A DNA stretch of 64,000 nt from assembly GCA_047495785.1 (NCBI GenBank), contig JBLDXI010000028.1, positions 620,001 through 684,000 on the forward strand. The letters run 5' to 3'. The translations under genes were made by a program, and so were the position numbers. This DNA is from Lepidodermella squamata. Taxonomy: Eukaryota > Animalia > Gastrotricha. Positions 50,958-63,960 of the stretch are shown piece by piece; position 1 is the stretch's first letter; every line of letters starts with the position of its first letter. The notes under the pieces are model-generated. The model worked only from the letters and a program-made list of their open reading frames with translations. It had not been told where the DNA came from and ran no database searches.

Positions 50958-53900
50958 TCAGTAGTGCGATGAAGCAAGCTGCGGAATGACGCCTGATGAC
51001 GAGGACATGGTCGAAGAAGTGGAGGCCGCCGACGAGATTTGCGGCACAATGGGAGATGCGACCATCGAGGCGCCGCCGGTTGGAACGACGCCGGCGCCCG
51101 ATGAAGACGAAGTGTTTACTGCGCTGCCGCCGCCTGATGGGATCGAGGAGAGCAGCGAGGCTGGCACTTGGCCGATCGGCGTCTGGTGGATGCGGTCTTC
51201 GGCCGAGGCCATCATCATGCGAACTGAAGTGTTGAATAATTGCCATTCGTCGGAGCGAGGCGAGCCGGTAGACTAGAAAATTCGGAAACAAGAGAAATAT
51301 AAATTCAAATCACTCGAGGCAATGAGCAGAGACTTGTGGTTCTCTATAATCATATCAGTTTCTTTTGTTATTAAAACAGCGAATATGATAATAGGAGTAA
51401 CTCTATGTCCTGCCACATAAGCATTTTTCCGTAATAATTGTCCATCCTACAATTTCGAAGTCGTTTCGACAATTATAAATCAAGGTTGTGATTTAGTTAT
51501 TTATAATGACGTACGCCTCATCAAATGACAATGTAAAGCAATATTTAGCGCAATTAATGCGTTGGATTCCAGCATCACATAGCCCAGCAAGGAGTAATTC
51601 CAAAGACTGCCGAGGCGAAAAATTTAAAAGTAAAAAGCGGCTATTAACATTTATTTCGGAATGCAAATATAGGAAATTAATTTTTTATGCAATTTCGAAA
51701 TTTAAATAGAAAATTACCAGGTACAGCTGGATGGTGAGACTTTTTTATCCGAAAGTTACAAATTAATGAGGCAAATTTACTTCAAGCCTGACAAAAGTAT
51801 TTGGGAAGCGGCTTCAAAGCCTCTAAAGGAAATCGATTTCACCAACATTCGCTAGTTTTCGGTACCCTGGGAAGTGAGTATGCTAGGAGTGTATTCTGTT
51901 TAGCCGAGGATTCCAGTTTAGGAAAATATGGATTCCAGAAAAATGACATAAATTGGAACCCATGGAATCCATGGAAAAATGCAGGCAAATTCTGATTTTT
52001 GGTCAACTCGATTAATGAAGACACTCCGCCAGAAAACAGCCCAAATATGCATTTTATTTTTATTTTATTTATAATTATTGAAATCTTGTTTTGCTGGATA
52101 CTTCGACATGTTCGGAGAAAATCATCTATTATATGAGATAAATACCTATCCATGAAAAATTAACACCTTAGTTGCTTCCTGGTGGAAATTCTCCAATAAC
52201 AATTAATATTTGGGTTGATTTCGGGAGGAGCGTCTCAATTTTAGCCATATTTTTTATGTAAAGTCGTTTCATTTCCTACTAAATTTCCTACATTTTTTTG
52301 GTAAGATTGTAAAAATTATCACAAACCTCGTTGATGCTGTACATATGCAAAAGGCCGCTTTCAGTACCAGCGGCTAGGAACAACCCACTCGGGTGCCACG
52401 AGATGCGTTTGATCAACGACCGGCCGCTTTCAACCGCCGTCTGCGCAATCGGCACCTCGCAGTTTGTATTCAAATCGTACAAATACAAGCGACCAGACGC
52501 ATCGCTAGACGCAAACAGCGCCGGGTGGACAGGCGACCATTTGACGTCAGTCGAAGAATCTTGCCCCTCGCGGAACTGCTCGATATACATTTTCGTCGAC
52601 CGCGTCGACCACAACCGCACAGCCCAGTCGTTCGACGCTGTTAGCACAAGATTCGAGAAGTCTATCGGACCCCTGGCGTGGTGTGTGTCCACGGCCGTTA
52701 GGTTGAACTGGTGGCCGTAGTCGAACTGGTCGAGGACGCCCTGTTTATTGCCGTGCCGGCACGCCGTGTACAGCGCCCCGTCTTCCGAGCCGACTACAAA
52801 ATTGTTCGGGTCGTTGTCGAGGAAGGCGCAACACACGGCGTTGACTGGTTTTTGCTTGTAGGCTAAATCTAGGGTTTCCTGCGGCTGCGAGAACATGTCC
52901 AGGGTCCACGAGCACAGCCGGCCGTCAGTTGATATCGAAATCAAGTTGTTGGCGTTCTGTGTGCCGACCACCTTCAGGCAGTAGATCGGGTGCGTGTGCG
53001 CGGTTGACGAGAGTGGGGTGCGGTTGGCGGGGGTTCGGCGAGGCAGCCGCGTGTCCCATAGTACGACTTGGCCTGAGTACGTCGCGCCAACAACGAGATT
53101 GGGGTGGAAAGGGGCGAAACACGCAGCTCGAACCGGAGACTGAATGAAAAAATTAAGAAAAATTATTTAAAATTATAAATATCAGAGAAATTCAACGAGG
53201 AAAAGAATCAACACGAAATAGCTCAAAAACTTTCAAAATAAACGGTGTAACTGGAAAATATTAAGGTTTGAGGTGCCACTTAAATGTGAGAATAATTACG
53301 AAAAAAATTCGATTGATTTCTTGAAACCTAGCGGCTATCGACAAGGATCAAGGAATCCATGATAATTTACTGTATGCCTATCACTAAGTCGTGAAATTCT
53401 GAAGAAAACAGAATGAATTTTGGAACCACTGGGCTCTAAATTTGGGTTATCGGTAAAATTTCCATATCCAATGATGAGAGAAATGTAAAAAAGTGCAAGG
53501 GATCGATTAAATTTCGCCAAACATTCAATTTCAGGAGAAATTTAGGTTCCAAGGCTAAGATGAACCATACAACTAGATGTAGAATTAGTTAAAAAAAAAC
53601 CAGAAAATCCGATGAGAAGTTCGAATGATCGATGAGAAGGAAATTTATTTCCAATTTTGATAATATCACTGGGTTGAAAAATGGGAGATTTATTCTACAA
53701 AACAATTTCAAATTTCAACATGCTTTTAATTTAAGTTTATTAAATCTGAGTTCTCCGGAAATTTAGAGGTTTAGTAGAAAATTGAGGTGAGCGGAAATTG
53801 AATTAGATAGATACAATTGCAATCACAATCGAATGAGAAATTCATGAAAATTTATCAAATTTGGACAAGAAATCAGAATATATGCTATAACGCACCTCAG

Positions 53901-55965
53901 CGTGAAAGACGAATTCCGGAGCAGCACCAGCAAATTTCGTGTTCCAGATGAGAACAAGGCCCTGCGGATCGGCGATGGCCGAATCGCCGTGGTCGCAATA
54001 AGACGCCAACGCGAGCTCAGGGTTGATGGGCGAAAAATCCACCGCCGTCACGAGGCGATGCCGCGACCCGAACCGGTCGTCCGTAAACGTCGTCGCCAGA
54101 CTGAAAATCTCATTCGACCCGGACGCGGCCTTGCCGGCCGATAAATCGCGCGTGTAATCGATGCAAACATCCGGCTGTGTCAACGCCCGCTCCAGCACGC
54201 GAGACGCTCGCATGACAAACGACTGAAACCGCTCCGAGCCGACAATTTGCGACCGCTCCTCCTCGCTCAGGTCGCGGATAACGGGGGGCGGGGTGACTTG
54301 AGCGGGTTTTGCATCGCTGTCATGGCGCGAAACGGGCCCGGCACCGTTCGCCGCGGTCTGGCCCGCCATTTCGTACTCGTTCGGCGAAGTGCCGAATTTC
54401 GTCGAGTGGTGGTGCGATGTCGGGATATCGTCTTCATCGCCGTCGTAGGCCAGAACTAATGAAAAGCAATCAACACACAGCTTATCAAATTACAGTACAA
54501 CATTATAGTGGCGTATAACAAGCAACAAAAATACGAGGCGAAATAATAATACAATAAAATTAGGAAAATTGGTGGTAATAAAAGAAGTATCTTTTTTATT
54601 CAGCTGAGGATCAACTTCCAAAGCCCAGCCAAAAAATGAAATGAAATAAAACCATGCCCTGAATCTATTACCACCGTAAAGTAAACCAGTTTTACATACC
54701 TGGTGGCAATAGGCTATTTCTCTTGCTTTTCAGGCCTATAAATCGGTCAATATCAATTATTCAAGGATGGGGAGGAGCAAATATATTCCGTGAATTTTCA
54801 AAATTAAAAACTTGAAAATAATTTCAAATTTCAGACCAATAGCTAAGGACTAAAAATATAACTTTCACTACTATTTCAAATTTGAAAAGCTTTCCTAATC
54901 AAACGAATCGAAACGACAAAATACGTATTTTCCTCTGTGCACTAACAATGGAAAAAGAACATGCTATGACAGTGCAATGCAAACTGACTTTGATCAAGAC
55001 AACATGGAAAAATTGACAACAAATAATGAAACAAGACAAGACAAAAAATTGGCCAAAAACCAAATTTATACAACGAAATGTAAACTAAAATATTTTTTGT
55101 TCATAATGCATAGCCTTGCGTGTTTGTTCCCTACCTGCGTGAGGAGGATGAATGGGCGCGAATTCGTCGTCCCATTCGAAATTAGAAAAAAACTTGGGTG
55201 AACTGATGCGCGAAGAACCGGCCGCTGTATCAAATATCGACAGGACATAAGATGGTCAATTCAATTTTAGGTACACATCAACACACGTCAAAACAAGCAA
55301 AGAACTTTGAAAAAGATCTGTAACCCGACTCAACTCGATTCGAGAAGTTATTAGTCGAAAAAGCAGAAGAAATTAGTCCTTTTTAGACTCACCGTAATAG
55401 TCGAATGAAGATTTCGGAGGCCGACTATCGCCTGAACCGCCTACAATGTGGTAATCGTTTGCATTAGGTGTTGACGGAAGCGTTTGGACTTCTTTCGAAT
55501 AAGTTATGCTCTCTTTAGGCAGAATCACTTCGGACCGAATCGGAGCTATGGAAAGCTGTGTTCTCCTTCTGAAATTAAAAAAAATTATAATCAATTTCAT
55601 TTCCTTCAAGAATTATCAACTTTTGAGCCGATAACTTACTTTGTTGAGCCAGATTCACTGTTAGGAGGCATCATAATACTTTGACTAGGCGTTAGGAAGC
55701 TTTCGTGAACTCCGGAAACCGCCGAATTAGTCATCGAATTAGGTACTCGCATTTCAATGCCAGAATTAGACCGCGGCAAATCGCCGATTCCAAGCGAGGC
55801 TATGATTTCATCAGCCCCTAGCTTGGTGTTAATCTGCGGCTGGCTGTCATTTGATGGCAGAATTCCTGAGCCACGAGTTCTCCCTGAAGCTAATTCATTG
55901 CGAGACTGACGCATACTCTCCAACTTGCGCCGCTTCTCTTCAAGCTCGCGCTGTCGATCGGACAT
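50958..55965 (-). CDS. DYNC1I: Cytoplasmic dynein 1 intermediate chain
   Basis: MSDRQRELEEKRRKL coiled coil, TYSKEVQT LC8 site, RASRVLERAL, WD40 repeats (VGTQNANNLISISTDG, DVKWSPVHPALFA). Confidence 0.95.
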
Positions 55966-56091
55966 TTTCCGAGAACCGATCAACAACAAGATAACAAAAA
56001 AATCTAAAGGAAAATCAAGGAAAATCGATGAAATTAGCATTACTCGAGAAATATCGTGTGATGGAATGAAATGAATGTAGTTCAGAATGAA

Positions 56092-57051
56092 TTAATTAGC
56101 TCGAGCAGTTTCACGAACGATCTTGTTGAACCAAAAATTGTAGCAAATAGCAACGAGACGGAAAATTCCTCCGAGAGTAGTTTCAGCAACACTTTGCAGC
56201 AGTCCACTTGGTGGAGCCATGCCAGCAGTTAACGTAGCTAACAGCCAGCCATCCATACCAACAGAGCAAAAGAAATTTCCCTGCAAAATTTGCGGAATCA
56301 CAGCTTTAGCAACTTCATCAGACGAAAATAGCCCAGAAGTTTGCGAGATCTTGTGAGTAGGCAATGGTTTTCCGATTTGTTCAACGGCGTAACCAGGAGT
56401 ATCGGTGTCAGGTGGGAAAACCATTGAAACAGATATTTTATGAGGGGCCAACTCCATAGCGAGTCCCTCGGCAAGTCCTCGTAGCGCGAATTTCGATGCT
56501 GAATAAGGCGCAAATCCGAAAATTCCGACCTGACCGGCCTGAGATGATGTAAAAACGACAATTCCTTTTCCGTTTTGAATCATTCTCGGCACTACAACTC
56601 GGGTGACGAAAGCCGACGAGTAGTAATTAATGCGAATCATGTCTTCGATGATTTTAGGGTCAGACCTGTCGAATTCACGGGCGACGCTCGACCCAGCGCA
56701 GTTGAAAAGAATGTCAATTGGGCCGTTTTGATCAACGACGTCTTCGATAGCAGTTTCGATTGCGGTGTAAGATCCTGACAAATCGCAACTGACCGTCAAA
56801 ATTTCGGCTTTCAAGCCTTCCAATGACGATTTGGCAGTGGCGAGTTTCGCTTTGTCACGAGCTATGATTGTAACTTTTCGACATTTTCCAGCGAAAATCT
56901 TAGCGGCTGCAAGACCTATTCCACTTGATCCTCCCGTGATGAGAACATGTGCGGTATCAAGCTTGACATTTGGCACCACGCGTCTTTTAGCAACGATGAA
57001 ATAGACGCCGCAAAGCGCCATCAAGACTATCAGAATCAATGTGAAAATCAT
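56092..57051 (-). CDS. KDSR: 3-ketodihydrosphingosine reductase (intronless CDS)
   Basis: N-terminal TM, ITGGSSGIG, SSQAGQVGIFG, YSASKFALRG, FPPDTDTPG, C-terminal hydrophobic helices. Confidence 0.93.
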   Translation of the reverse strand: MIFTLILIVLMALCGVYFIVAKRRVVPNVKLDTAHVLITGGSSGIGLAAAKIFAGKCRKVTIIARDKAKLATAKSSLEGLKAEILTVSCDLSGSYTAIETAIEDVVDQNGPIDILFNCAGSSVAREFDRSDPKIIEDMIRINYYSSAFVTRVVVPRMIQNGKGIVVFTSSQAGQVGIFGFAPYSASKFALRGLAEGLAMELAPHKISVSMVFPPDTDTPGYAVEQIGKPLPTHKISQTSGLFSSDEVAKAVIPQILQGNFFCSVGMDGWLLATLTAGMAPPSGLLQSVAETTLGGIFRLVAICYNFWFNKIVRETARAN

Positions 57052-57392
57052 CTATGATTGCAAACAAAAAGCAATTCTTGTAAGTATATGGATGTTTTAC
57101 TAAATAAGACGACCAGATCTATTTTAGGCAAGACAGCATTCAATCCTCAAAAGAGGCAAACTCAAAAAATTAACCGGCAGAAAGCATTATGCACCTTTGG
57201 CTGTTAACAATCACCGAAGCTGAGCTGAAATATACTTAAGCGAAACTGGAAGCAACAAATGTTTTAATACTTCTCACAACTTGAATGAATAATTGATCAC
57301 AAGCAATAATTTGATTATCAGGGTGGTTAATGATTGTCATTTTGATCATAGCCCTCTACGGGTAGGCACAATGTCGAAAAGGGGATTCATAT

Positions 57393-57791
57393 CTATTCGC
57401 CCTTCTTGTACTTGCGGGTGGCAGTGACACCATTGGCAACACAGACAGCAATCAGCTCATCACCTTCAATGTAGCGGGTGATGGTAGAGTCAACCTTGGC
57501 CTTCTGGGTCTGGATGAGCTTGCCATCTTCGAATTTGAAGGTCGACTTGACAGTGCGGCCGTCGGCAGTAGTCTCTTCGAACTCTTGCTCAAGCTCGAAC
57601 TCAATGGTGACGGTCTTGAAAGTCGATTCAGTGGTCAAAGTAATTTTGCTACCGTTGACAGCAATAATAACGTTGGGTTTAGCCAAGTTACCCATTTGGC
57701 GCATCGGCCAGCTAACACCAACCTCCTTCATGTAGTCATCAAAGTTCTCGCTAGTTTGCAAAACCCACTTTCCAGCCAATGCTTCAACCAT
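57393..57791 (-). CDS. Fatty acid-binding protein (132 aa, intronless CDS)
   Basis: GKWVLQTSENFDDYMKEVGV, TESTFKT, FEETTADGR, TRKY. Confidence 0.95.
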   Translation of the reverse strand: MVEALAGKWVLQTSENFDDYMKEVGVSWPMRQMGNLAKPNVIIAVNGSKITLTTESTFKTVTIEFELEQEFEETTADGRTVKSTFKFEDGKLIQTQKAKVDSTITRYIEGDELIAVCVANGVTATRKYKKGE

Positions 57792-59684
57792 GTTTAATAG
57801 ATTAACTTGACCTCTTAGCAAAAACTAATAAGAAAACCAGGTACATACAACGAAATGAATGCTTGCAGCGCAAGGTGAGGAAACCTAAAAATGGGACCGC
57901 TAAGATTTGAGTTTACATAGTAATGATTTCAACGCCTTAAACCTGAAAACTTTGCACGATATCAAATGATTTTCCAAGAATTAAGAAAGTGAGAAAACTA
58001 CATCTGAATAAACAATAAAATAATAACCACCAAGTAACCTAACCAGACCAGGAGATGCGGCTAGATGACAGGATCCTGCGGCGCCGCTCGCTTTTTGAAG
58101 CGCGGCGGCGACCGATTTTTGCATTTTTCGCATGGGTTTCTTTGGTCTTATCAGATGTTCGGATTAAAATATTTTGAAATTTGATGTAATATAAATGTTT
58201 GCAATTTTGATTTTGTTTATTTTTTTAATTTGAGTTTAAACTTTGCTGCAGGTTTTTTCTAATGAAAAAATTGGATGCTGTTCAAAGTCCAACGTTTTGT
58301 TTTTCTTCTTCGTTTGTTTCAGTCAGGATTGAACTTTGAAAGCGTTTGAAAGGCAACCCGAAGCTGACCAATTATAGCCTTGGCCGACGTGGAACGAGTA
58401 GAAAGAAATCTCAAGTCTTTATCGCAGCACGAGACCGAAGACCAAACGGAACCACCAAGCAACTTCACGAGAACTGGCAGAGGTTTTCCCAGTTGCTATT
58501 AAATTCCTCTCTTTCAGCGTCTCTCTCACTCGGCGCCACAATCAATTGGCTCAAGAAAAACGTGCAACCGAACGCAATGATTACAGCCGAAACCCTGCAT
58601 CGCCATCGTCCCGAAACTGCCAGCATCCCAAACAACGAAGGGTCCTCGCAGCGGAATGCGTGGATAAGAAAGAAGGCGCTCTGTGAATCGAGCCGCCGTG
58701 ACGCCTCCCGTTGTCAAGAAACCATGACCCGCTCTGACACAAAGAATCTGGAGTGAGAAGGAACTAACTAAGCTGACTAAAGCGCAGCTTGTGGACATAA
58801 TTTTCAGCAGGCAACTGCAAAATCCCTATACAGCGAACCGACAGAAACCACCCAAACCTGACAGCAAGAAGAGCGCCATAGGGCAATAGACAGACAGGCT
58901 GAACTTTAGTCAACAAAAACCGCTAAGAAAAAAATGCGGCACCTTCTACCCAAAAAGTCAACAATCGGGCAATCGATCAAGAATCTAGTCTTGGTGGGTC
59001 TTGGTAAGATGAGCGATCATCTTCCCGCCCCTCGAACTACTCTATGCTTCAGAACGTGCGTGGTATTTTACAACTCCTACGGGAGGCGCTGAGCGAACTG
59101 AAAACAGCGCCAACTCATTCCAATCACGATCGCTCTCCTATACATGAGAGACCAATTGCTCCGTACGGAGCAAATAAGCTGAATTTGAGTTTAAATTTTT
59201 CCAGTAATGTGCATAGCTACTCAATTAAGCCCCTGCGAAATTAGTGACACCTTAATCTGTAATTGGAGCTATCAAAATCGTTGAAAAACTTTTGTCTCAG
59301 CATCTATATTGAAGTCTCCACTGAACTGGAAAGATGAAAGAAACCATGTTGAACTCTATAAAAACACAATTGGGAGTTGACAAGTTTGTTTTGCTGATAT
59401 CAACCGATGATGCCTTGAGCGGAGTTACATGAAAAATATATGAAAAGTTTGTTCAGATCTTCTTGAACGTCACAGGTATCTCAGATCTGACAACAAATTC
59501 ACTGATCTGTGATTTCTTTTTCATGGATCAGTTGACTCAGATTATCGATTGAACAACTTCTTAACCACCATCAGCGGAGTTTCTTTCAACTGCCATATCA
59601 AGGCCATGTTTAGCTAAAATTGCTGAATGATACTCAGTTGGATGTGATCTTGAATTCATAGAAAAAATCAGAGAGAGAAACCAT

Positions 59685-60170
59685 TTTATTTGGTTGTACT
59701 GTGTTATTAACAATAATAACAATGCCTTTAAGACGCAGTGGTATATATTTCCTAATTTTAGTTGGATAATATTTTGATTAATGGTTGGATTGATTGTTAG
59801 CGTATAGATGATGATTTAGGATTCTAATTCCATCTTATAGAACTTGAAGGGCGATTTCCACTGATTTGCTGCTGCTGATGCCGCAATCCTGAAGTAGTTT
59901 CACCGCTTCTTTTGTCAGTGAGCCACGGGCGCCAATGTAGAGGCCGCGTACTTCGATCGAGTCCAGGTCGAAAGCTTCACAAATAAAGTTACTACACGGT
60001 TCATATATTGAGCGCTTTTCCAGATCTACAACTGTAAATTGGTCTTCAGTTGATTCGAATCTAATCGTCGGGTCGATAATTAATCCATTTTTACTTCCCT
60101 TTTGAACTGCTAAAATGTCGAATCGTCGCGTTGAACCATTGTTGGCGATGCAGTGTCCTTCCTCAGTCAC
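59685..60170 (-). mobile_element. 3' fragment of an R2-group (RLE) non-LTR retrotransposon
   Basis: Restriction-like endonuclease block EE.HC...GSTRRFDI...IIDPTIRFE...EKRSIYEP...GLYIGARG, then an AT-rich 3'UTR with AATAAA; 5' truncated. Confidence 0.75.
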
Positions 60171-60291
60171 TTTAATTAATTACTTATTACCAAATTACCA
60201 TTGCATTAATTACCAAATAACATTTCAATTATTCACCACCTTCGCTACACACATCCGGTTCGCTTTTGCTGCTCGCCCGACAAAATACTAT

Positions 60292-60340
60292 AAATAATAA
60301 TAATAAATAATAAATAATAAATAATAAAATAATAAAAATA
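60292..60340. repeat. Imperfect (AAT)n microsatellite
   Basis: aataataataataaataataaataataaataataaaataataaaaataa. Confidence 0.85.
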
Positions 60341-62776
60341 AAGTATAGGCTAAATAATATAGGCCGTGACCGGGCGGCAATGAGTCGATGATGATGGGAA
60401 CGTGGCGCAAGACGCAACAGAAATCAACACTGTGGTACAGTCCGTGAAATGAAACGACACCGAGTGAAAAGTATATAAGAAGGAGTCAACGAGACGGGCT
60501 CACCGGTCGACAAAAATTAGTTATATTTAATATCGAATTTTTCTTCCTTTGACGGGCCTATTTTTTCATTCAAATTTACTCCACCCGAGCTCTGTCACGA
60601 GAAGTCGAAACCTTTGAAACATTCATCCACAAATATTTCAAAATTTTTATTAATCCAGTTTCGACTCCTTCCCTTGGAAAAGTCAGAAAAAATGTAGAAA
60701 CAACCAAAAAAGCATACCGCCCTAAATTCGGGCACTTTTTGGGTTTTTCCTACTTTGCCAGCCAGGTGAATTTTTGGAGAATATTCGGCAAATACAGAAT
60801 TATAGAGGAGTTCTTGGGCTATCGAATGCCGGTTCCCGCAAGTCCGGACGATTTTGTCTCAATTTATGGCTAATTTTGTAGTCACCTAGACTCCTCGCCG
60901 GAATTAAGGAACCGGGTGCCCTAATTTCGGCCACCTCATCCAGTTACGCTAATACCGCAAGTTTGATACCGTTAAATTCGTCTCGACAAGCTGAGTGTGG
61001 AAATCGCCTTTGTTGCTTTACCTAGGAGTATTCCTTGACGACGTGATGCCTGATCCATCGGTGTTTATGGTAACAGAGACATTTTCCCCATAGAAACTAG
61101 AAACATCTACAGCTATTTTCCTGGTTTTTTTTAAAAAGGGCTAAAACCGGCGATTATTCGGGTGCGGCATTTTCCCCAGCTTCGTCATTTTCTATAGTAA
61201 TATGATCGAAAATAAGTTTTTGCTTGTATATCAAGTTTGGATCTACTTTTTGATACTTGAAGGTAAAACATGGATGATTGCTTCCTGATTTTCTGGAATT
61301 GTTTTTCAAAATGATATTCGGAATTTACGGTATAAAATGTAAAGAACGATTGCGGATAATTTGATCTAGAATCTTTGTTTACAGCAGCGTGCGCCGCACA
61401 TGGCGGAGTTCAAAAAGACCTGAGCAGGGTGTCAGTTCTCAATTTGCAACTCACTATTCCAAAATCTCGAAAAATTAGTGAATATTATCATCCAAGTTAG
61501 CTCCAAGTATCAATATGTAGATCTCGATCTGAGCTTTTTGACCCATACAAAAACTTGAGAAGCAAAGTTGTAGTAAATCGGGAAAAAATCTAAAAGTTCG
61601 CTCTAAGTATCAAAATTTGAATCCCGGCTTGAGCAACCCGAATCATACATCATACAAACCTGTTTCAATTTCAATATAATTGCGCACGGTCAGGAATTTG
61701 CTGAGTCGAAACCAAAAATCTCGCACGCAAATATTTTAAGCTTCATGCTTGGGTTCAAACCAGCCAAAAATAAATAATGTAACAGACGCAGAAATTTTGA
61801 TAGGTGTAAAAATATGAATATTCATGTGGCGCTAATTAATATTCAGGTCAGTGCGCGAAGTAGGATCCTCGAACTAGGGGGTATTTTCGGGCCCCAATTT
61901 TATGACCAAAGGGAAACTTTTATTTACTTGGCCCTCAAGTCGTCGATGAGTCAAAATTTTGAATAAACTCAGGTTGATAAATTTGTCACATTCCAGTCAG
62001 GAATCGCATGACCAAAAAATACAAGATAATTATTTTTTTGCATTTTGAGCCAGAAAGGCCATTCTTTGGCCTTCAATATCGGTCGTCGCAACGAAGTAAA
62101 ATGAAACCGTCGAACTTTCATTTTCTTTTCTCGAACCATTTTAACTTGAAGCGTCGGAACTATCGGGATATTAAATTTTCATATTTTCAACAAATCCATC
62201 GGAAAATTCAACGTTTTATTTGATCTCAGCTTCCGATGGGTTAAGGCACCTTATATTATTTGAAATGTACGATGAAATGAGTCATTGTTATTGCACTATT
62301 GATCCACTGTCGGACTCGCCTCGGCCGCGAATATCCACTAAAGCTCGCGACCATGACCGTTACCTCGGCTTCGTGTCATCAAGTCGGAAGCAGTGGGGCC
62401 ATCTTCAACATATCAACATATTCAGCCTCAAATCCTGTAAAATGCCATTTTTTGAAAATGAGAATTTTTCAAAAAGTCGCGGACAGCATTTTCCTCATCA
62501 ATTGTCTCTCTCGAACCCCATTCTAACGGAAATTTCTGGAAAGTTCATCCCAGACTAGATCTATCGACTGGCGAAAACGGCATTGAAAAATTCCTCACGG
62601 TTACGAAGTTATTCAAAAAACGCGAGGCAAAAAAGTTTGCGCATACTTTATCATCATTAAGCAAACAATTGCATGAAATGTTTGCGGAAAAACTGAGGTG
62701 GAATCGAAGACACTATTATTATGGCAATGAGTAATAAAAATGTTGAGACGTACTGTAAAGCGGTCCTTTTTCGGAC

Positions 62777-63546
62777 GGGGTAATTTCGGACACTTTTGGC
62801 TTGAGTTTCTCCTCGCTGTTGATAGAAATGCCGTTCAAAATAGCAGGTGATAGCCGCGAGTCTGGTTTTTCAAATGACACCTGAAACATGAGAAACGGAT
62901 TTGTTGACGAAAATGGTTGCACTTCTTCGCAGGTGTGCACCGAGGTAAAAATTGCCCTTTTCAGTTAGGTGGGCATGGGAACAAATTTAAACGGGACATT
63001 TTTCCTGAAATTCAGCCAGAAATAACGATATCCCCCGGCTTATTTCGGACAGAACCAAACTACAGAGAATTCAATCGCCATATTTTTTAGGGTGAGACTT
63101 TTTTCATCCGACAAATGTCTTATTTCATCCGAAATCCAAAAATGTGACTAAAATCATCCGACATGAAAATATCGATTTTCCCGAGTTCGATTTTTACGTA
63201 GGGGCATACCCCTTTTATGCACCCTATTTTGGCCCCTGAACCGGAAGAATTTCATGGTAAAAGATTTATGGCGATCAGAGTAGTATTTTTTTACTGTAAT
63301 TTTTCGAAAATATGAAAAAGCAAGTCGGATGAAAAAGTTTCCTCCATTTTTTAAACTGTAATATTTTAGTGCTAATAGCAATGAACTGCTTTGCGAGCAC
63401 AATTTACAATCCCTCAGGGTTCAAATCCCTCAACATGCAATTTCTTTATTTTTTTTCTTTATTTTTTCTTCACAAATTTTATCTCGCTTTAATGTCAACT
63501 TTGACCATAATCTAAATATGCACTCTGAACTGTCCGAAATTACCCC
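62777..63546. repeat. 16-bp inverted repeat pair, probable MITE remnant
   Basis: ggggtaatttcggaca (62777-62792) and tgtccgaaattacccc (63531-63546). Confidence 0.5.
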
Positions 63547-63854
63547 AATTAGCGTGTTTTCTTAAGGTTCGATTGGGTGTTTAAAATTGCGGTTTCGGAG
63601 TGTAATTTTGGGGGTGAAGACCATTTTTCTTGCGATTTCGGCCAAATTTGGCCCTTTTTGGTGTTTAAAAATTTCCTGTTTGGTGTTTGAAATTTAAATT
63701 GTTAAACTGCTTAAGAGAACACTGCCTGTTGTGTCCGAGTCAGTTACCCGTGAATACCTGTGCAGGTTTACCGTGATTTCTTTCAGCTCGAAAAATTATA
63801 ATTTCCTAGAATATTTCTGAATAAAACAACGCTGTGAGAAATTCGTATGCCGAA

Positions 63855-63960
63855 AACTGAGACCACGACATCTCAGATCCGACAACTGAGAACGGACAAC
63901 CGAGACTAAATTAATTTTAATTTTTTTTAATCGCTTAACCGAGACACCGACAACCGAGAC
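63855..63960. repeat. Subterminal-type short repeats, element likely continues past the window
   Basis: Several (c)cgacaac(c/t)gaga(c) units. Confidence 0.55.

Noticed and set aside
58330-58760. Possible decayed Ginger2/integrase C-terminal Cys-rich region
   Set aside because: Only vague, frameshifted resemblance; no DDE motif or termini.
63855-63960. CRISPR-like repeats
   Set aside because: Units are short and irregularly spaced, in a eukaryotic context with no cas genes; they fit TE subterminal repeats.
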